Below are positions 16,265 to 26,892 of a stretch of DNA of 64,000 nt, piece by piece. Position 1 is the first letter of the stretch; every line of letters starts with the position of its first letter. The position numbers were made by a program, and so were the translations under genes. Origin of the DNA: an uncultured Alkaliphilus sp. (GTDB taxonomy: Bacteria > Bacillota > Clostridia > Peptostreptococcales > Natronincolaceae); assembly GCA_938074565.1 (NCBI GenBank), contig CALJEQ010000012.1, positions 13,247 through 77,246 of the forward strand, given 5' to 3'. The notes under the pieces are model-generated. The model saw nothing but the letters and a program-made list of their open reading frames with translations. It was not told the origin of the DNA and ran no database searches.

Positions 16265-17731
16265 TTATGTATTTTTTTGCCTTTTTACTTGTTGCCACAA
16301 GTCTTCCATTTCTTCTAATGTCATGTCCTTTAAATCTCGTCCAGTACGTTTTGATGCCTTTTCAATAAAGGAAAAACGTTTAATAAACTTTTTACAGGTG
16401 ACATTTAAAGCTTCTTCTGGTTCTACTTCTAGGAATCGTAAAAGATTGACTACTGCAAAAAGAAGATCACCACCTTCTTCGACAATATCCTTCTTTATTC
16501 CCTTTTCAGTAGCTTCCTTTAGTTCGGAAAGTTCTTCTTGAATTTTTTTGACAACTTCCTCAGGTCTATCCCAATCAAACCCTACTTCTGCAGCTTTTTT
16601 TTGAATCTTATAAGCCTTCATCGTTGCAGGTAAATGTTTTGGGATTGTTTCCATCGACTGTGTATAACTGGTAATTTGCTTTTCTTCTCTTTTTCTATCT
16701 TCCCACGTCTCTATCGCCTCTTTACAATCATTAGCAACTACATCTTGAAATACATGGGGATGTCTAAATATTAGCTTTTCTGATATTCCTCTAATAACAT
16801 CATTGATTGAAAAAGCTTGTCTTTCATTTGCTATTTGACTATGGAATACCACCTGTAATAAAAGATCACCTAATTCTTCTTCTAAAAGAATATCGTCATC
16901 TAGGTCTATTGCCTCCAAAACCTCATAGCTTTCTTCAATTAAGTAAGGCTTTAAACTCTGGTGAGTTTGCTTAATATCCCAAGGACAGCCGTCTTTATTC
17001 CTTAATCTTTCCATTATCTCAACTAAATTATTCATATTATAGTATTTTTTTTGGATACTGTCAATCTTAGGTATATAAACACTTGTTAAATAATCTATCC
17101 AATCCAATCTATCTAGTTGATAGAGGGGTATTCTCTCAACCCTCTCCAACGTTGAAATTCCAGCACCTTTTACTACATAAATCTCTTGTTGATCATCATA
17201 ATAGTCCATTAGCCTTAATTTTATTTCTGAAGCCATAAAGGGATCATAAACCTGTGTAATGATGTTGGCTATGGATGGATCTGGCTGTTGTTTATCCAAT
17301 TGCAACCCATCAATTAGCTTAAATCCTTCCACTGGATCTAACCCCACAACAGGTAACATTACATCTATAAAGCTCATGGCAGGGTGAATCTTAATTTCTA
17401 TACCTTGTTTATCACATTCTTCTTTAAGTTTTTTCACTGTATTTTCTGCTACATTGGGGTGTCCGGGGACTGCATATAAAACATCTTCCATTTCAGCCTT
17501 TTTTATTAATTCAGTAACAATATGACTATAAACTGCATCAAAGTCTTCCAACTCTTCATAAGCATAGTCAAAGGTTTGATAGTTTATTCCCTTTTGATCT
17601 AAAAGACTTACAGTAGGATGCTGACCTGTTCTTAAATATATAGCTTTAGCTGTATTCATTTCTTCTAAAACAGCTAAGGTGATATGCTGTTCTGCCCCAG
17701 GACCTAACCCCACCACTGTTATTTTTCCCAT
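16265..17731 (-). CDS. yabN: Tetrapyrrole-methylase-like domain fused to a MazG nucleoside triphosphate pyrophosphohydrolase (YabN)
   Basis: The N-terminus GKITVVGLGPG is methylase-like. The C-terminal tandem MazG motifs are EESYEVLEAI..EELGDLLLQVV and EELSELKEA...EEGGDLLFAVV. Confidence 0.85.
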   Translation of the reverse strand: MGKITVVGLGPGAEQHITLAVLEEMNTAKAIYLRTGQHPTVSLLDQKGINYQTFDYAYEELEDFDAVYSHIVTELIKKAEMEDVLYAVPGHPNVAENTVKKLKEECDKQGIEIKIHPAMSFIDVMLPVVGLDPVEGFKLIDGLQLDKQQPDPSIANIITQVYDPFMASEIKLRLMDYYDDQQEIYVVKGAGISTLERVERIPLYQLDRLDWIDYLTSVYIPKIDSIQKKYYNMNNLVEIMERLRNKDGCPWDIKQTHQSLKPYLIEESYEVLEAIDLDDDILLEEELGDLLLQVVFHSQIANERQAFSINDVIRGISEKLIFRHPHVFQDVVANDCKEAIETWEDRKREEKQITSYTQSMETIPKHLPATMKAYKIQKKAAEVGFDWDRPEEVVKKIQEELSELKEATEKGIKKDIVEEGGDLLFAVVNLLRFLEVEPEEALNVTCKKFIKRFSFIEKASKRTGRDLKDMTLEEMEDLWQQVKRQKNT

Positions 17732-17776
17732 ATAGACCCCCTCCTTTTTATATTTTTAAAGTCCAATTTATTCACC

Positions 17777-19378
17777 TTATCCTCTAAGTAATTTTGTTTT
17801 TTTAAGTAGCTTTTCTATTTTCTTTCCTCCTGGTATCAAATCAAAATCTTCTTCAGTAATAGCTCCAGTAATTAACAATAGTATGCCATATACTGCACCA
17901 CCTATAGCTATTGAAGCTACTGTGGCTATTTTGTTCCCCACCATAGGATTAAGTTGTCCGTAGGTAATAATTACTGTAACTCCCATAGTACCCACTGAAA
18001 TTACTGGTTTCAAAACAAACTGTATAAAATCAAATTTTGCACCTGTAGCCTTCTTTACTTCAATAAAGTTTAATAAAGCTGCCACGAAGTAAGCGGAAAC
18101 CGTACCTATAGCTGCTCCTTTTACATTTAAAGCAGGAATACCCGTTAAAAAGTAAGTGGCTATAAACTTCACAACTGCTCCCACCATCATGTTTCTAACA
18201 GGAATAAAGGGTTTTCCTAAACCTTGAAGAATCCCTGTCATTGTTTGCAATTGTGTTAAGAATAATACTGCAAAGGATAGATATAGTAATATCTGTCCTA
18301 TAGCTGGTGGCTGTTTTGGATATAAGAGCAACATAATCGGTGTAGCTAGGGCTGCTAACCCCACTGCTGCTGGTAATCCAATTAACATAGAAACCCTAAT
18401 AGCAGAACCAGTATCAGCCTTAATAGATGTCATATCTTTTCTTGTTACTGCCTCTGAAATAACTGGTACAATACTCATGGCTAAAGCCACAGTAAACACT
18501 TGAGGAAGGTTAATTAACGTAGCCGCCATCCCAGTTAATTGACCAAATAAACGATTCGCTTCTTCATAGGTAAAACCAATGGCTTGTAGCCTCCTTAAAA
18601 CAATCATAGCATCCACCATTGAAATTAATGGTAATATTGCACTACCTACCGTTATAGGCAGTGCAATCTTTAGTAAATCTTTTATAATCCCCTTAGTGGG
18701 TTCTTTTGACGCATCTGGTACAGTACCAAACTGCGAGTATATTTTTGCTTTATTTTTTCTATAAATATAAACTATGATGGTTAAACCAGCTATTCCACCA
18801 ATGGTGGCACCAAAGGCTGCTCCTGCTGCTGCATATTGCAACCCTGTACTTAAAAGGATAACAGCTAAGGCTAGTCCAATAATAACTCTACCAAACTGTT
18901 CTGCCACTTGGGAAATAGCTGTAGGTGTCATATTCTTCATTCCTTGAAAATAACCTCTAAAAGATGCCATTATGGGAACAAACAATAATGCTGGTGCTAA
19001 AGCTAAAATAGCATAATAAGCATTAGGACTTTTTATAACATTATCTACTAAATACCTAGCCCCTAACGCCAGTGACAATGAACTAATAATGCCAAATGCC
19101 AATAATATGTAAAAAGCTGTTTGAAATACTTTATGGGCTCCTCCAGCATTATCATTTGCTCTTTTTTCTGATACTAACTTTGATATGGCTGTGGGAAAAC
19201 CCTGTGATGCAAAGGACAAAATAAGCGTATACATAGGATAGCCTACTTGATAATAACCCATTCCTTCTGCTCCAATTATATTTGCCAGTGGAATTCTAAA
19301 AAAAGCTCCTAATATTTTAACAACAACTCCCGCCACCCCTAAAATGGCAGCACCTTTTAAAAAAGATTCTTTTTTCAT
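17777..19378 (-). CDS. yabM: MOP-superfamily flippase (YabM / SpoVB-like polysaccharide or lipid II flippase)
   Basis: 533 aa with about 14 TM helices. The N-terminus KGAAILGVAGVVVKILGAFFRIPLANIIGAEGMGYYQ is typical of the SpoVB/MurJ family. It sits at the yabM position after spoVT. Confidence 0.8.
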   Translation of the reverse strand: MKKESFLKGAAILGVAGVVVKILGAFFRIPLANIIGAEGMGYYQVGYPMYTLILSFASQGFPTAISKLVSEKRANDNAGGAHKVFQTAFYILLAFGIISSLSLALGARYLVDNVIKSPNAYYAILALAPALLFVPIMASFRGYFQGMKNMTPTAISQVAEQFGRVIIGLALAVILLSTGLQYAAAGAAFGATIGGIAGLTIIVYIYRKNKAKIYSQFGTVPDASKEPTKGIIKDLLKIALPITVGSAILPLISMVDAMIVLRRLQAIGFTYEEANRLFGQLTGMAATLINLPQVFTVALAMSIVPVISEAVTRKDMTSIKADTGSAIRVSMLIGLPAAVGLAALATPIMLLLYPKQPPAIGQILLYLSFAVLFLTQLQTMTGILQGLGKPFIPVRNMMVGAVVKFIATYFLTGIPALNVKGAAIGTVSAYFVAALLNFIEVKKATGAKFDFIQFVLKPVISVGTMGVTVIITYGQLNPMVGNKIATVASIAIGGAVYGILLLITGAITEEDFDLIPGGKKIEKLLKKTKLLRG

Positions 19379-19463
19379 ATTGATTTCCTCCTACTTCTAT
19401 TCAGTCAAGCTATATTATAGCAGACTTTTATTTCCACGTATAGTCAAGAGGGTTTTGACATAT

Positions 19464-19491
19464 AAAAAAACCCCGGTATGCACCACCGGGA
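19464..19491 (-). terminator. Intrinsic terminator after spoVT
   Basis: On the minus strand: CCCGGTGGTGCATACCGGGG followed by TTTTTTT. Confidence 0.7.
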
Positions 19492-19501
19492 CTTTCTTGT
19501 A

Positions 19502-20053
19502 TTATTGTTCCATTTGTTTGGAAAGGAATGCAGCAGCTGTAACGGCTATTTTTTTCTCAGTTTCTCCCATTGAAACCCCTTTTTCTTTTGAGAAAAGTAT
19601 CACTGTTCCTATTGGGTCACCTTGGGTAACAATAGGTGCAACTACTTGAGAAGAGTATTTACTTTCATCTGTTTCATCAGATGCTATAAGAAATTGTTGG
19701 TCTCCTTGATTTACTAGTATAACTTCTCTTTCGTCCATAAGTTTTTCTAAACTCTTACTAACTCTTTTGTCTAAATATTCTTTCTTTGGTGCTCCTGCCA
19801 ATGCAATGATTGTATCTCTATCAGTAATAATTGCTGTATGCCCTAAAGCTTCTTGTAATGACTCAGCATATTCTGTAGCAAATTCTGTAAGTTCGCCTAT
19901 GGGTGAATATTTTTTAAGTATAACTTCTCCTTCTCTATCTGTAAATATTTCTAAAGGGTCACCTTCTCTTATTCTTAAAGTTCTTCTAATTTCTTTTGGA
20001 ATAACAACTCTACCTAAATCATCTATGCGTCTTACAATTCCAGTTGCTTTCAC
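19502..20053 (-). CDS. spoVT: Stage V sporulation protein T (AbrB-family regulator with GAF-like C-domain)
   Basis: The N-terminal SpoVT/AbrB swapped-hairpin reads MKATGIVRRIDDLGRVVIPKEIRRTLRIREGDPLEIF. Length is 183 aa, and the position next to mfd matches the B. subtilis cluster. Confidence 0.9.
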   Translation of the reverse strand: MKATGIVRRIDDLGRVVIPKEIRRTLRIREGDPLEIFTDREGEVILKKYSPIGELTEFATEYAESLQEALGHTAIITDRDTIIALAGAPKKEYLDKRVSKSLEKLMDEREVILVNQGDQQFLIASDETDESKYSSQVVAPIVTQGDPIGTVILFSKEKGVSMGETEKKIAVTAAAFLSKQMEQ

Positions 20054-20219
20054 TCCTATTACCTCCTATTTTAGTAGAATATATTGTATATCTATTATTT
20101 TACCGTTCCCTCTTTTTTATGCATTTTAGGAAATTATTAATTTTACTTCCATCTATTTTGCAAATAAAAAGAATCCCCAATATAGAGGATTCTCATTATA
20201 CACACTTTTTATGATTTTA

Positions 20220-21179
20220 TTATTCATTAAACTTAGTTACTTCTGATTTTTCTAATCTTTCTTCAACATATTTTTGGAATTCAAGGAATCCTAGTTGGTT
20301 CACTAACTCATCTTTAATTGTTTCAAAATCTTTTTGTTCGTCAATCTTATCTTCTAATTTTATGATATGGAAACCAAACATAGTACCTACTGGCTTACTA
20401 ACTTCTCCAATTTCCAATGAAAAGGCAACTTCTTCAAATTCTTGAATCATTCTACCTTCTTGGAAATAACCTAAATCTCCACCATTATCCTTTGAACCTG
20501 GGTCTTCTGAATATTCACCTGCTAATGCTTCAAAGGACTCTCCCGCTTGAATTCTTTCTAACAATTCATTAGCTAATTTTTCATCACTTACTAAGATATG
20601 TCTTGCTTTAACTTCTTTGTGTAAAAACATTTCAGGGTTCTCGTTATAGAACACTTGAGCTTTATCATAATTCATATCTAATTCTTTAATGAAGTGTTCT
20701 TGATACGCTCTAATTAATTTATCTTTTTTCAACTCGCCTTTAATAAAAGCCTCATCAATACCATTTTCTTCAGTAAATTTCTTAAATTCTTCATTACTGT
20801 CTAAATACTCTAAATATTCTTTATAACTATCTTTAATTACTTTTTCATCAACAGTAATATTGTTTTCTTTTGCCAACTGAACTAATAATTCTTCCATTAT
20901 TAACTTTTCCATTACTTGCTCTTTTATTGAATCTAACAAAGTCATACCTGTTCCCATATCTTTATCAAATACATCTTCACCAAACTGGCTTGCATAATCC
21001 ATTTTAAATAAAGATATATTTTTATCGAATATTTCTTGTGAAATTTGCGTGCCATTTACAACGGCAACAGCATCAACGTCTACCTTTTGTGTTTGAGTAC
21101 TACACCCTACAGTTAATAAAACTAAAACAAGGCATGTTGATATAACCTTGAATATACTAGACATTCTTTTAATTTTCAA
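20220..21179 (-). CDS. prsA: PrsA-like lipoprotein peptidyl-prolyl isomerase (SurA-N plus parvulin domain)
   Basis: The lipobox is LLTVGC. The parvulin motifs are VKARHILV...GGDLGYF and [11 protein letters not shown]. Confidence 0.8.
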   Translation of the reverse strand: MKIKRMSSIFKVISTCLVLVLLTVGCSTQTQKVDVDAVAVVNGTQISQEIFDKNISLFKMDYASQFGEDVFDKDMGTGMTLLDSIKEQVMEKLIMEELLVQLAKENNITVDEKVIKDSYKEYLEYLDSNEEFKKFTEENGIDEAFIKGELKKDKLIRAYQEHFIKELDMNYDKAQVFYNENPEMFLHKEVKARHILVSDEKLANELLERIQAGESFEALAGEYSEDPGSKDNGGDLGYFQEGRMIQEFEEVAFSLEIGEVSKPVGTMFGFHIIKLEDKIDEQKDFETIKDELVNQLGFLEFQKYVEERLEKSEVTKFNE

Positions 21180-21237
21180 CTTTAATCCACTCCCCTATCC
21201 CTTTTTCTTTTGCTTTAATTTTCTACTACTATTATAA

Positions 21238-24200
21238 CTAATTTCGACCTTTTTGCAAACCACTAATTTTTTCTATTATATCCTTGATGTCTGTTAACAT
21301 TTTATATTGATCTATTGTATTTGCTTGGTATACAAAATATGGTTCATTACTGGCATTAAAGGTTATGCGTCTTCCAAAACTATGAAGAACTTCACCAATA
21401 TTTTCTGGTTTTAACCTACTACTGTCTTTAAAAATAATACGAATTTCTTTTTCTTTTTGAGTAACAGATGACACCATTAAGTTTTGAGCCAATGCTTTTA
21501 TATAGGAAATCATCAATAAATTAGCAACACTGGAGGGAATATTACCAAAGCGATCTTCTATTTCCTCTTCCACACTAAATAAATCTTTTTGATTGCGGAT
21601 AGATGCGATTTTTTTATATATTTCAATTTTTTGACTAGGATTTGTTATATAACTCTCTGGAATATACGCATTAACATTTAACTCCATAGTAGTATCTTGA
21701 TATTTTTCTACTACTTCTCCCTTTAGTTCACTAATGGTTTCCTCCAGTAATTTAACATATAAATCATATCCTATTGCAGACATGTGCCCACTCTGTTCTC
21801 CCCCCAGCATGTTACCAGCACCCCGTATTTCTAAGTCCCTCATGGCAATTTTAAAGCCTGAGCCAAACTCTGTAAAATCTTTAATTGCCTTTAATCTTTT
21901 TTCTGCCACCTCTGTTAAAGATTTATTCTTTTCGTACATGAGATAGGCAAAAGCTTGACGGTTAGATCTTCCCACTCGACCCCTTAGCTGATACAATTGA
22001 GAAAGTCCTAATTTATCAGCATCATGGATAATGATGGTATTAACATTAGGTATGTCTAGTCCTGTTTCAATAATCGTGGTACAAACCAACAAGTCATATT
22101 CCCCTTGATAATAAGCCAACATTAAATTTTCCAGTTCCCTTTCGCTCATCTGCCCATGCCCTACTCCTATTCTAGCTTCTGGCACTAATTCAGCTAATTT
22201 CGCCGCCATTTGATGGATTCCCTGTACACGATTATATACGTAATATATTTGTCCTCCCCTAGATATTTCACGGGTTATGGCATCCGTCAATACTGCTTCG
22301 TTATAGGAAAGTACGTATGTCTGTACGGGGTATCTCTCCTCAGGTGGGTCTTCTATCACGCTCATATCCCTAACCCCTATCATAGACATATGTAGGGTTC
22401 TTGGAATTGGAGTAGCTGTTAAAGTCAATACATCTATAGACTTTTTTAACTGTTTTAAACTTTCTTTATGTTTTACCCCAAAGCGTTGTTCCTCATCGAT
22501 GATTAATAACCCTAAATCTTTAAACGTAATATCCTTTGATAATATTCGATGGGTGCCTATTAAAACATCCACATTACCTGTTCTTATGTTTTCTATTACT
22601 TTTTTCTGTTGGGCTGGACTTTTAAAACGACTTAACATATCCACCGACACTGGGAAACCAGAGAAACGTTGTCTAAAGGTATTATAATGTTGTTGGGCTA
22701 AAATTGTTGTAGGCACCAGTACTGCCACTTGCTTATTATCCATTACAGATTTAAAAGCAGCCCGTATTGCCACCTCTGTCTTTCCATAACCAACATCACC
22801 ACATAGTAGGCGATCCATAGGCCTTTCTTTTTCCATATCTTCCTTAACCTCTTCAATACATCTTAATTGGTCTGGGGTTTCTTCATAGGGAAATAGATCT
22901 TCAAATTGTTTTTGCCATTCTGTATCCTTTGGGAAAATATGACCTTTGCTTTTTTCCCTTTCTGCATAAAGCTTTAGTAAGTCCTCTGCCATATCTTCTA
23001 TGGCCTTTTTCACTTTTGCTTTTGTTTTTATCCATTCAGTTCCCCCAAGTTTATTTAGCTTGGGCTGTCGCTCATCATTTCCAATATACTTCTGAATTAA
23101 ATCCATCTGATCAGTTGGTACATAAAGATTATCTTCACCAGAATAACGTATTTTAAGATAGTCCTTCTTAATTCCATCAACCCTTAGTTCTTCAATACCA
23201 ATATACTTTCCAATCCCATGACCTTCGTGTACAACATAGTCCCCCACCTTTAAATCGATAAAAGATTTAATTGGAGTTGCATCTTTTCTCTTGGTTTTTT
23301 GTTGTTTCTTCTTTTTATGAACACCATAAATTTCATTATCGGTAATTATCATATACTTCATGTCAACATACTCAAAACCTTTTTGCAGACTTCCCTGCAC
23401 AATGGCAACTTGACCTGTTACAAGTTCTTCCTTCATATCCACAATAAAGTTAGTCTTAATTCCCCTATCCCTTAATAACTCCAATAGTCTAAGGGCCCTT
23501 TCTTTTGTACCTGGTACCAATACCACCTTATACCCTTTGTATTGAAGGGTTTTTAGTTCTTCCACTAAAATATCTACTTTCCCTTGAAATGATTGAATGC
23601 CCCTTGAAGTAAAGGTAACCGTCTCTCTCGGTTGAAAGTCAGGTGTATACTTTGGCATAAGGTTTAGTATAACCGATTGACGATTTTGTAGTTTTTTAAC
23701 TATTTCTTCATATAAAACCAATCGCTTTCCTTGGGAAGGTATAACCTCTCCTCTTTCAAGTAGCGTTTTAAAATTTTCTCTAAATTCTTCTATATAACCC
23801 TCTGACTTTTCCTTTAAACGACGGGGTTCATCTAATATAAATAAGGTTTGAGGATTTATATAGTCTAAAAGATTTGCTCCCTCTTCATAAATGTACGGTA
23901 AATATCGTTCCGCCCCTTTAAAGTGATTATAATTTTCAAACTTGCCTATTACTTCGCCTATCTTTTCCTGTAAACGTTCTCTTTCCATTCCCTGTAATTT
24001 ATCTAGATTACTTTTTAACTCTTGTTTGATAAGATTTACCCCATTGGCTATTTTAGAGGGGTCAAATATGTTTTCTGTTGCTGCAAAAATTTGAATCTCA
24101 TTTTTTTTATCTATAGATTTTTGAGTCTCAACGTTAAAACTTCGTATAGAATCTACTTCTTCATCAAAAAGCTCTATTCGATAAGGAGCTTCTGCCGTGG

Positions 24201-24753
24201 GCGGATAAATGTCTATTATTCCTCCTCTTTGACTAAACTCTCCAGGACTTTCAACCCGATCAACTCTAGTATATCCTTGAACAAAAAAAGTCTCTAAAAC
24301 GTGGTTTAAATCAATGGTGTCCCCTACTTTAAAAGAAAGTTGGTATTTTTCAAAGATATTGACAGGTGTCATTTTAATTAGTAATGCTTCAATAGATGTA
24401 ACAATTATAAAGTCTCCACCCTGGGAGAGCTTCTCCATTGTTTTGATTCTTTCGTTTTGTAAATCTTCTCCCACTGCCTCTAAATCATAAAAAACTATGT
24501 CTTTTGATGGAAAGTAGAAAGCTTCTTCCATATAAAACTTTAAACCTTGATAAATCTCCCGTGCCTCCAGCTCACTATAGGTTATTATACATATGGGTTT
24601 GTTTAATCCTTGATAGATGCCATATGCAATATTAGACTTTTGAGAGTCATTTAATCCATGAAGAAACAGTGGCGTTTTCCTAGATTTAATTGCCCCAATA
24701 ACCTGATTATACTGTATTGAATTTTTCAACGGAGCCAACAGTAAATTCTTCAT
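21238..24753 (-). CDS. mfd: Transcription-repair coupling factor
   Basis: 1171 aa. It has a UvrB-homology N-terminus, a CarD-like domain (GDYVVHEGHGIGKY), helicase motifs GDVGYGKTEVA and DEEQRFGV, and a TRCF C-terminal domain. Confidence 0.95.
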   Translation of the reverse strand: MKNLLLAPLKNSIQYNQVIGAIKSRKTPLFLHGLNDSQKSNIAYGIYQGLNKPICIITYSELEAREIYQGLKFYMEEAFYFPSKDIVFYDLEAVGEDLQNERIKTMEKLSQGGDFIIVTSIEALLIKMTPVNIFEKYQLSFKVGDTIDLNHVLETFFVQGYTRVDRVESPGEFSQRGGIIDIYPPTAEAPYRIELFDEEVDSIRSFNVETQKSIDKKNEIQIFAATENIFDPSKIANGVNLIKQELKSNLDKLQGMERERLQEKIGEVIGKFENYNHFKGAERYLPYIYEEGANLLDYINPQTLFILDEPRRLKEKSEGYIEEFRENFKTLLERGEVIPSQGKRLVLYEEIVKKLQNRQSVILNLMPKYTPDFQPRETVTFTSRGIQSFQGKVDILVEELKTLQYKGYKVVLVPGTKERALRLLELLRDRGIKTNFIVDMKEELVTGQVAIVQGSLQKGFEYVDMKYMIITDNEIYGVHKKKKQQKTKRKDATPIKSFIDLKVGDYVVHEGHGIGKYIGIEELRVDGIKKDYLKIRYSGEDNLYVPTDQMDLIQKYIGNDERQPKLNKLGGTEWIKTKAKVKKAIEDMAEDLLKLYAEREKSKGHIFPKDTEWQKQFEDLFPYEETPDQLRCIEEVKEDMEKERPMDRLLCGDVGYGKTEVAIRAAFKSVMDNKQVAVLVPTTILAQQHYNTFRQRFSGFPVSVDMLSRFKSPAQQKKVIENIRTGNVDVLIGTHRILSKDITFKDLGLLIIDEEQRFGVKHKESLKQLKKSIDVLTLTATPIPRTLHMSMIGVRDMSVIEDPPEERYPVQTYVLSYNEAVLTDAITREISRGGQIYYVYNRVQGIHQMAAKLAELVPEARIGVGHGQMSERELENLMLAYYQGEYDLLVCTTIIETGLDIPNVNTIIIHDADKLGLSQLYQLRGRVGRSNRQAFAYLMYEKNKSLTEVAEKRLKAIKDFTEFGSGFKIAMRDLEIRGAGNMLGGEQSGHMSAIGYDLYVKLLEETISELKGEVVEKYQDTTMELNVNAYIPESYITNPSQKIEIYKKIASIRNQKDLFSVEEEIEDRFGNIPSSVANLLMISYIKALAQNLMVSSVTQKEKEIRIIFKDSSRLKPENIGEVLHSFGRRITFNASNEPYFVYQANTIDQYKMLTDIKDIIEKISGLQKGRN

Positions 24754-24881
24754 TTCTTCACCGCCTTCTTAAGTGTGTATTTATTATTTCTAATTAAATA
24801 TTTTGTCAATTTGATTGTTAATTTGTTAACATCTTTAGCCCGGAGGTTAGACCCGGGCTATTTACAAGATTAAAACTTTTT

Positions 24882-25262
24882 CTATAAATATTTAGTAATA
24901 TACCAGTTCCAAGCACTATGAAAAATCCAAGCCAATAAAATGCTTAAAAAAATGGAACTGCTTTTGCTATAGGTAATATGGGTAATAAAACCAAATAGGC
25001 TATGACTTATTACACTTGCCAATGCTGCAAGTTTTCCTATTTTTTTAGAGGATGTAATTATATCATAAATACCTTCTATACAACCAAATATAAAATGAGT
25101 ACCCACAAGATTACCCCCCACCACTATTGCGGCGGAGGTTTTAGCAAACTCTTCTATAAAGGGGACAAATGCCACTAGACTATTACCCCCAAATCTTTTT
25201 AAAATTAACTTATTACATAAATAAGCAAAAATAGCCGCAAATATACCAGAAAATATAAACAT
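24882..25262 (-). CDS. Small 4-TM membrane protein with EExxK and HxxxN motifs (possible minimal PrsW/CPBP-like intramembrane protease fold)
   Basis: 126 aa, hydrophobic throughout. The motifs are FIEEFAKT, CIEGIYD and FHSAWNWY. I made no confident family assignment. Confidence 0.4.
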   Translation of the reverse strand: MFIFSGIFAAIFAYLCNKLILKRFGGNSLVAFVPFIEEFAKTSAAIVVGGNLVGTHFIFGCIEGIYDIITSSKKIGKLAALASVISHSLFGFITHITYSKSSSIFLSILLAWIFHSAWNWYITKYL

Positions 25263-25294
25263 TTATTAACTCCTTTTTCTATATATACTTGACC

Positions 25295-25852
25295 TTATCC
25301 GTTATACTTATTCATTGCCTGCTGAAGGTTTTCCTGAATAATGGTCTCAACAGCTAATACTGCATTTCCTATTGCATCTTTAATTAACGGTACTTCATTG
25401 GATGGAAAGCCCGACAATACATAATCTGCTAAATCTCCTACTACTGGCTTACCTACCCCTATCCTAACTCTTGGAAAGTTATCTTTTTGTACCAGATAGA
25501 TAATATTCTTCATTCCATTATGACTTCCTGCACTTCCCTTTTCTCTAATTCTAAGGGAACCTACTTTAACATCAATATCATCGTAAAGAACAATAATCTT
25601 TTCTGTGTCAATTTTATAGAATTGAATCAGCTCCATTAAGCTTTGTCCACTTAAATTCATAAAAGTTTGTGGTTTTACCAATATAACTTTTTCTGTTCCA
25701 ATTCTTCCTTCCCCTACAAGGGCTTTATGCTTTAGCTTACTAACTTGTATTTGATGTTTACTTGCCAATAAATCTATTGCATGGAAACCTACATTATGTC
25801 TTGTCCCCTCATACTTTTTACCTGGATTACCTAAACCAACAACAATGTACAT
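25295..25852 (-). CDS. pth: Peptidyl-tRNA hydrolase
   Basis: [23 protein letters not shown]. The start is taken at the ATG at 25852, which has AGAGGTG upstream. The track ORF extends 11 codons further upstream. Confidence 0.9.
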   Translation of the reverse strand: MYIVVGLGNPGKKYEGTRHNVGFHAIDLLASKHQIQVSKLKHKALVGEGRIGTEKVILVKPQTFMNLSGQSLMELIQFYKIDTEKIIVLYDDIDVKVGSLRIREKGSAGSHNGMKNIIYLVQKDNFPRVRIGVGKPVVGDLADYVLSGFPSNEVPLIKDAIGNAVLAVETIIQENLQQAMNKYNG

Positions 25853-25899
25853 CTTTTTCACCTCTTTTACTAGGAAAGCAGCCATGTGGCTGCTCCATA

Positions 25900-26847
25900 C
25901 TAATCAAATATTTTACTTACAGAAATATTTTTATAGATTCTCATTATAGCCTCTCCGAAAACGGGTGCAACTGACATAACTTGTATCTTATCAATCATTT
26001 TTTCTTCTGGTAATGGAATCGTATTAGTAATTATTAACTCTTTAATAGCAGAATTTTGTATTCTTTCTATGGCTGGGCCAGATAATACTGGATGTGTACA
26101 ACAAGCATATACCTCTTTAGCACCAAATTCTTTTAATGCATTAGCTGCCTGAGCAATAGTTCCAGCAGTATCAATCATATCGTCAATTAGGATAACATTT
26201 TTACCTTCTACTTCTCCAATAATATTCATAATTTCTGAGACATTAGCTTTAGGTCTTCTTTTATCAATAATAGCTATTGGTGCATCTAAATGATTAGCAA
26301 AATTCCTAGCTCTAGTAACACTTCCTAAGTCTGGTGATACCACTACTAAGTCTTGTATCGCCTTCTGTTGAAAATACTGAGCTAAAATAGGTACTCCTAA
26401 CAAATGATCTACAGGGATATTAAAATAACCTTGTATTTGTGCTGCATGTAGATCCATTGTTAATATTCTATCTGCCCCTGCTGTTGTTAAAAGATCTGCC
26501 ACTAATTTAGCTGTAATAGGGTCCCTTGCTTTAGCTTTTCTATCTTGTCTAGCGTATCCATAGTATGGAAGCACAGCTGTAATTCTTCCTGCTGAAGCTC
26601 GTTTAAAGGCATCAATTAATATTAATAATTCCATTAGATGATCATTAACTGGAGGACAAGTAGGTTGTACAACAAAAACATCTGTACCCCTTACGGTTTC
26701 TGTAATATTAACAGCAATTTCCCCATCACTAAAAGTTGATACCTCTGCATTCCCTAATGGTACTCCAATCGCTTTAGCAATTTCCTTTGCTAATGTTTTA
26801 TTTGCATTCCCAGAAAATATTTTCACTTCACTTCCACTGGTATTCAT
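25900..26847 (-). CDS. prs: Ribose-phosphate pyrophosphokinase
   Basis: The motifs [13 protein letters not shown] and the PRPP loop [12 protein letters not shown] are present. Length is 315 aa. Confidence 0.95.
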   Translation of the reverse strand: MNTSGSEVKIFSGNANKTLAKEIAKAIGVPLGNAEVSTFSDGEIAVNITETVRGTDVFVVQPTCPPVNDHLMELLILIDAFKRASAGRITAVLPYYGYARQDRKAKARDPITAKLVADLLTTAGADRILTMDLHAAQIQGYFNIPVDHLLGVPILAQYFQQKAIQDLVVVSPDLGSVTRARNFANHLDAPIAIIDKRRPKANVSEIMNIIGEVEGKNVILIDDMIDTAGTIAQAANALKEFGAKEVYACCTHPVLSGPAIERIQNSAIKELIITNTIPLPEEKMIDKIQVMSVAPVFGEAIMRIYKNISVSKIFD

Positions 26848-26892
26848 TGTTATCCTCCTTGTTTATCCTTTTTCAACAACTTTGTCATTGGT

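Noticed and set aside
24836-24860. An 8-bp GC-rich hairpin (tagcccgg...ccgggcta) between the 126-aa gene and mfd, considered as a terminator
   Set aside because: It has no U-tract on the minus strand and only a weak one on the plus strand. It may be a structural or processing element, but it cannot be called a terminator.
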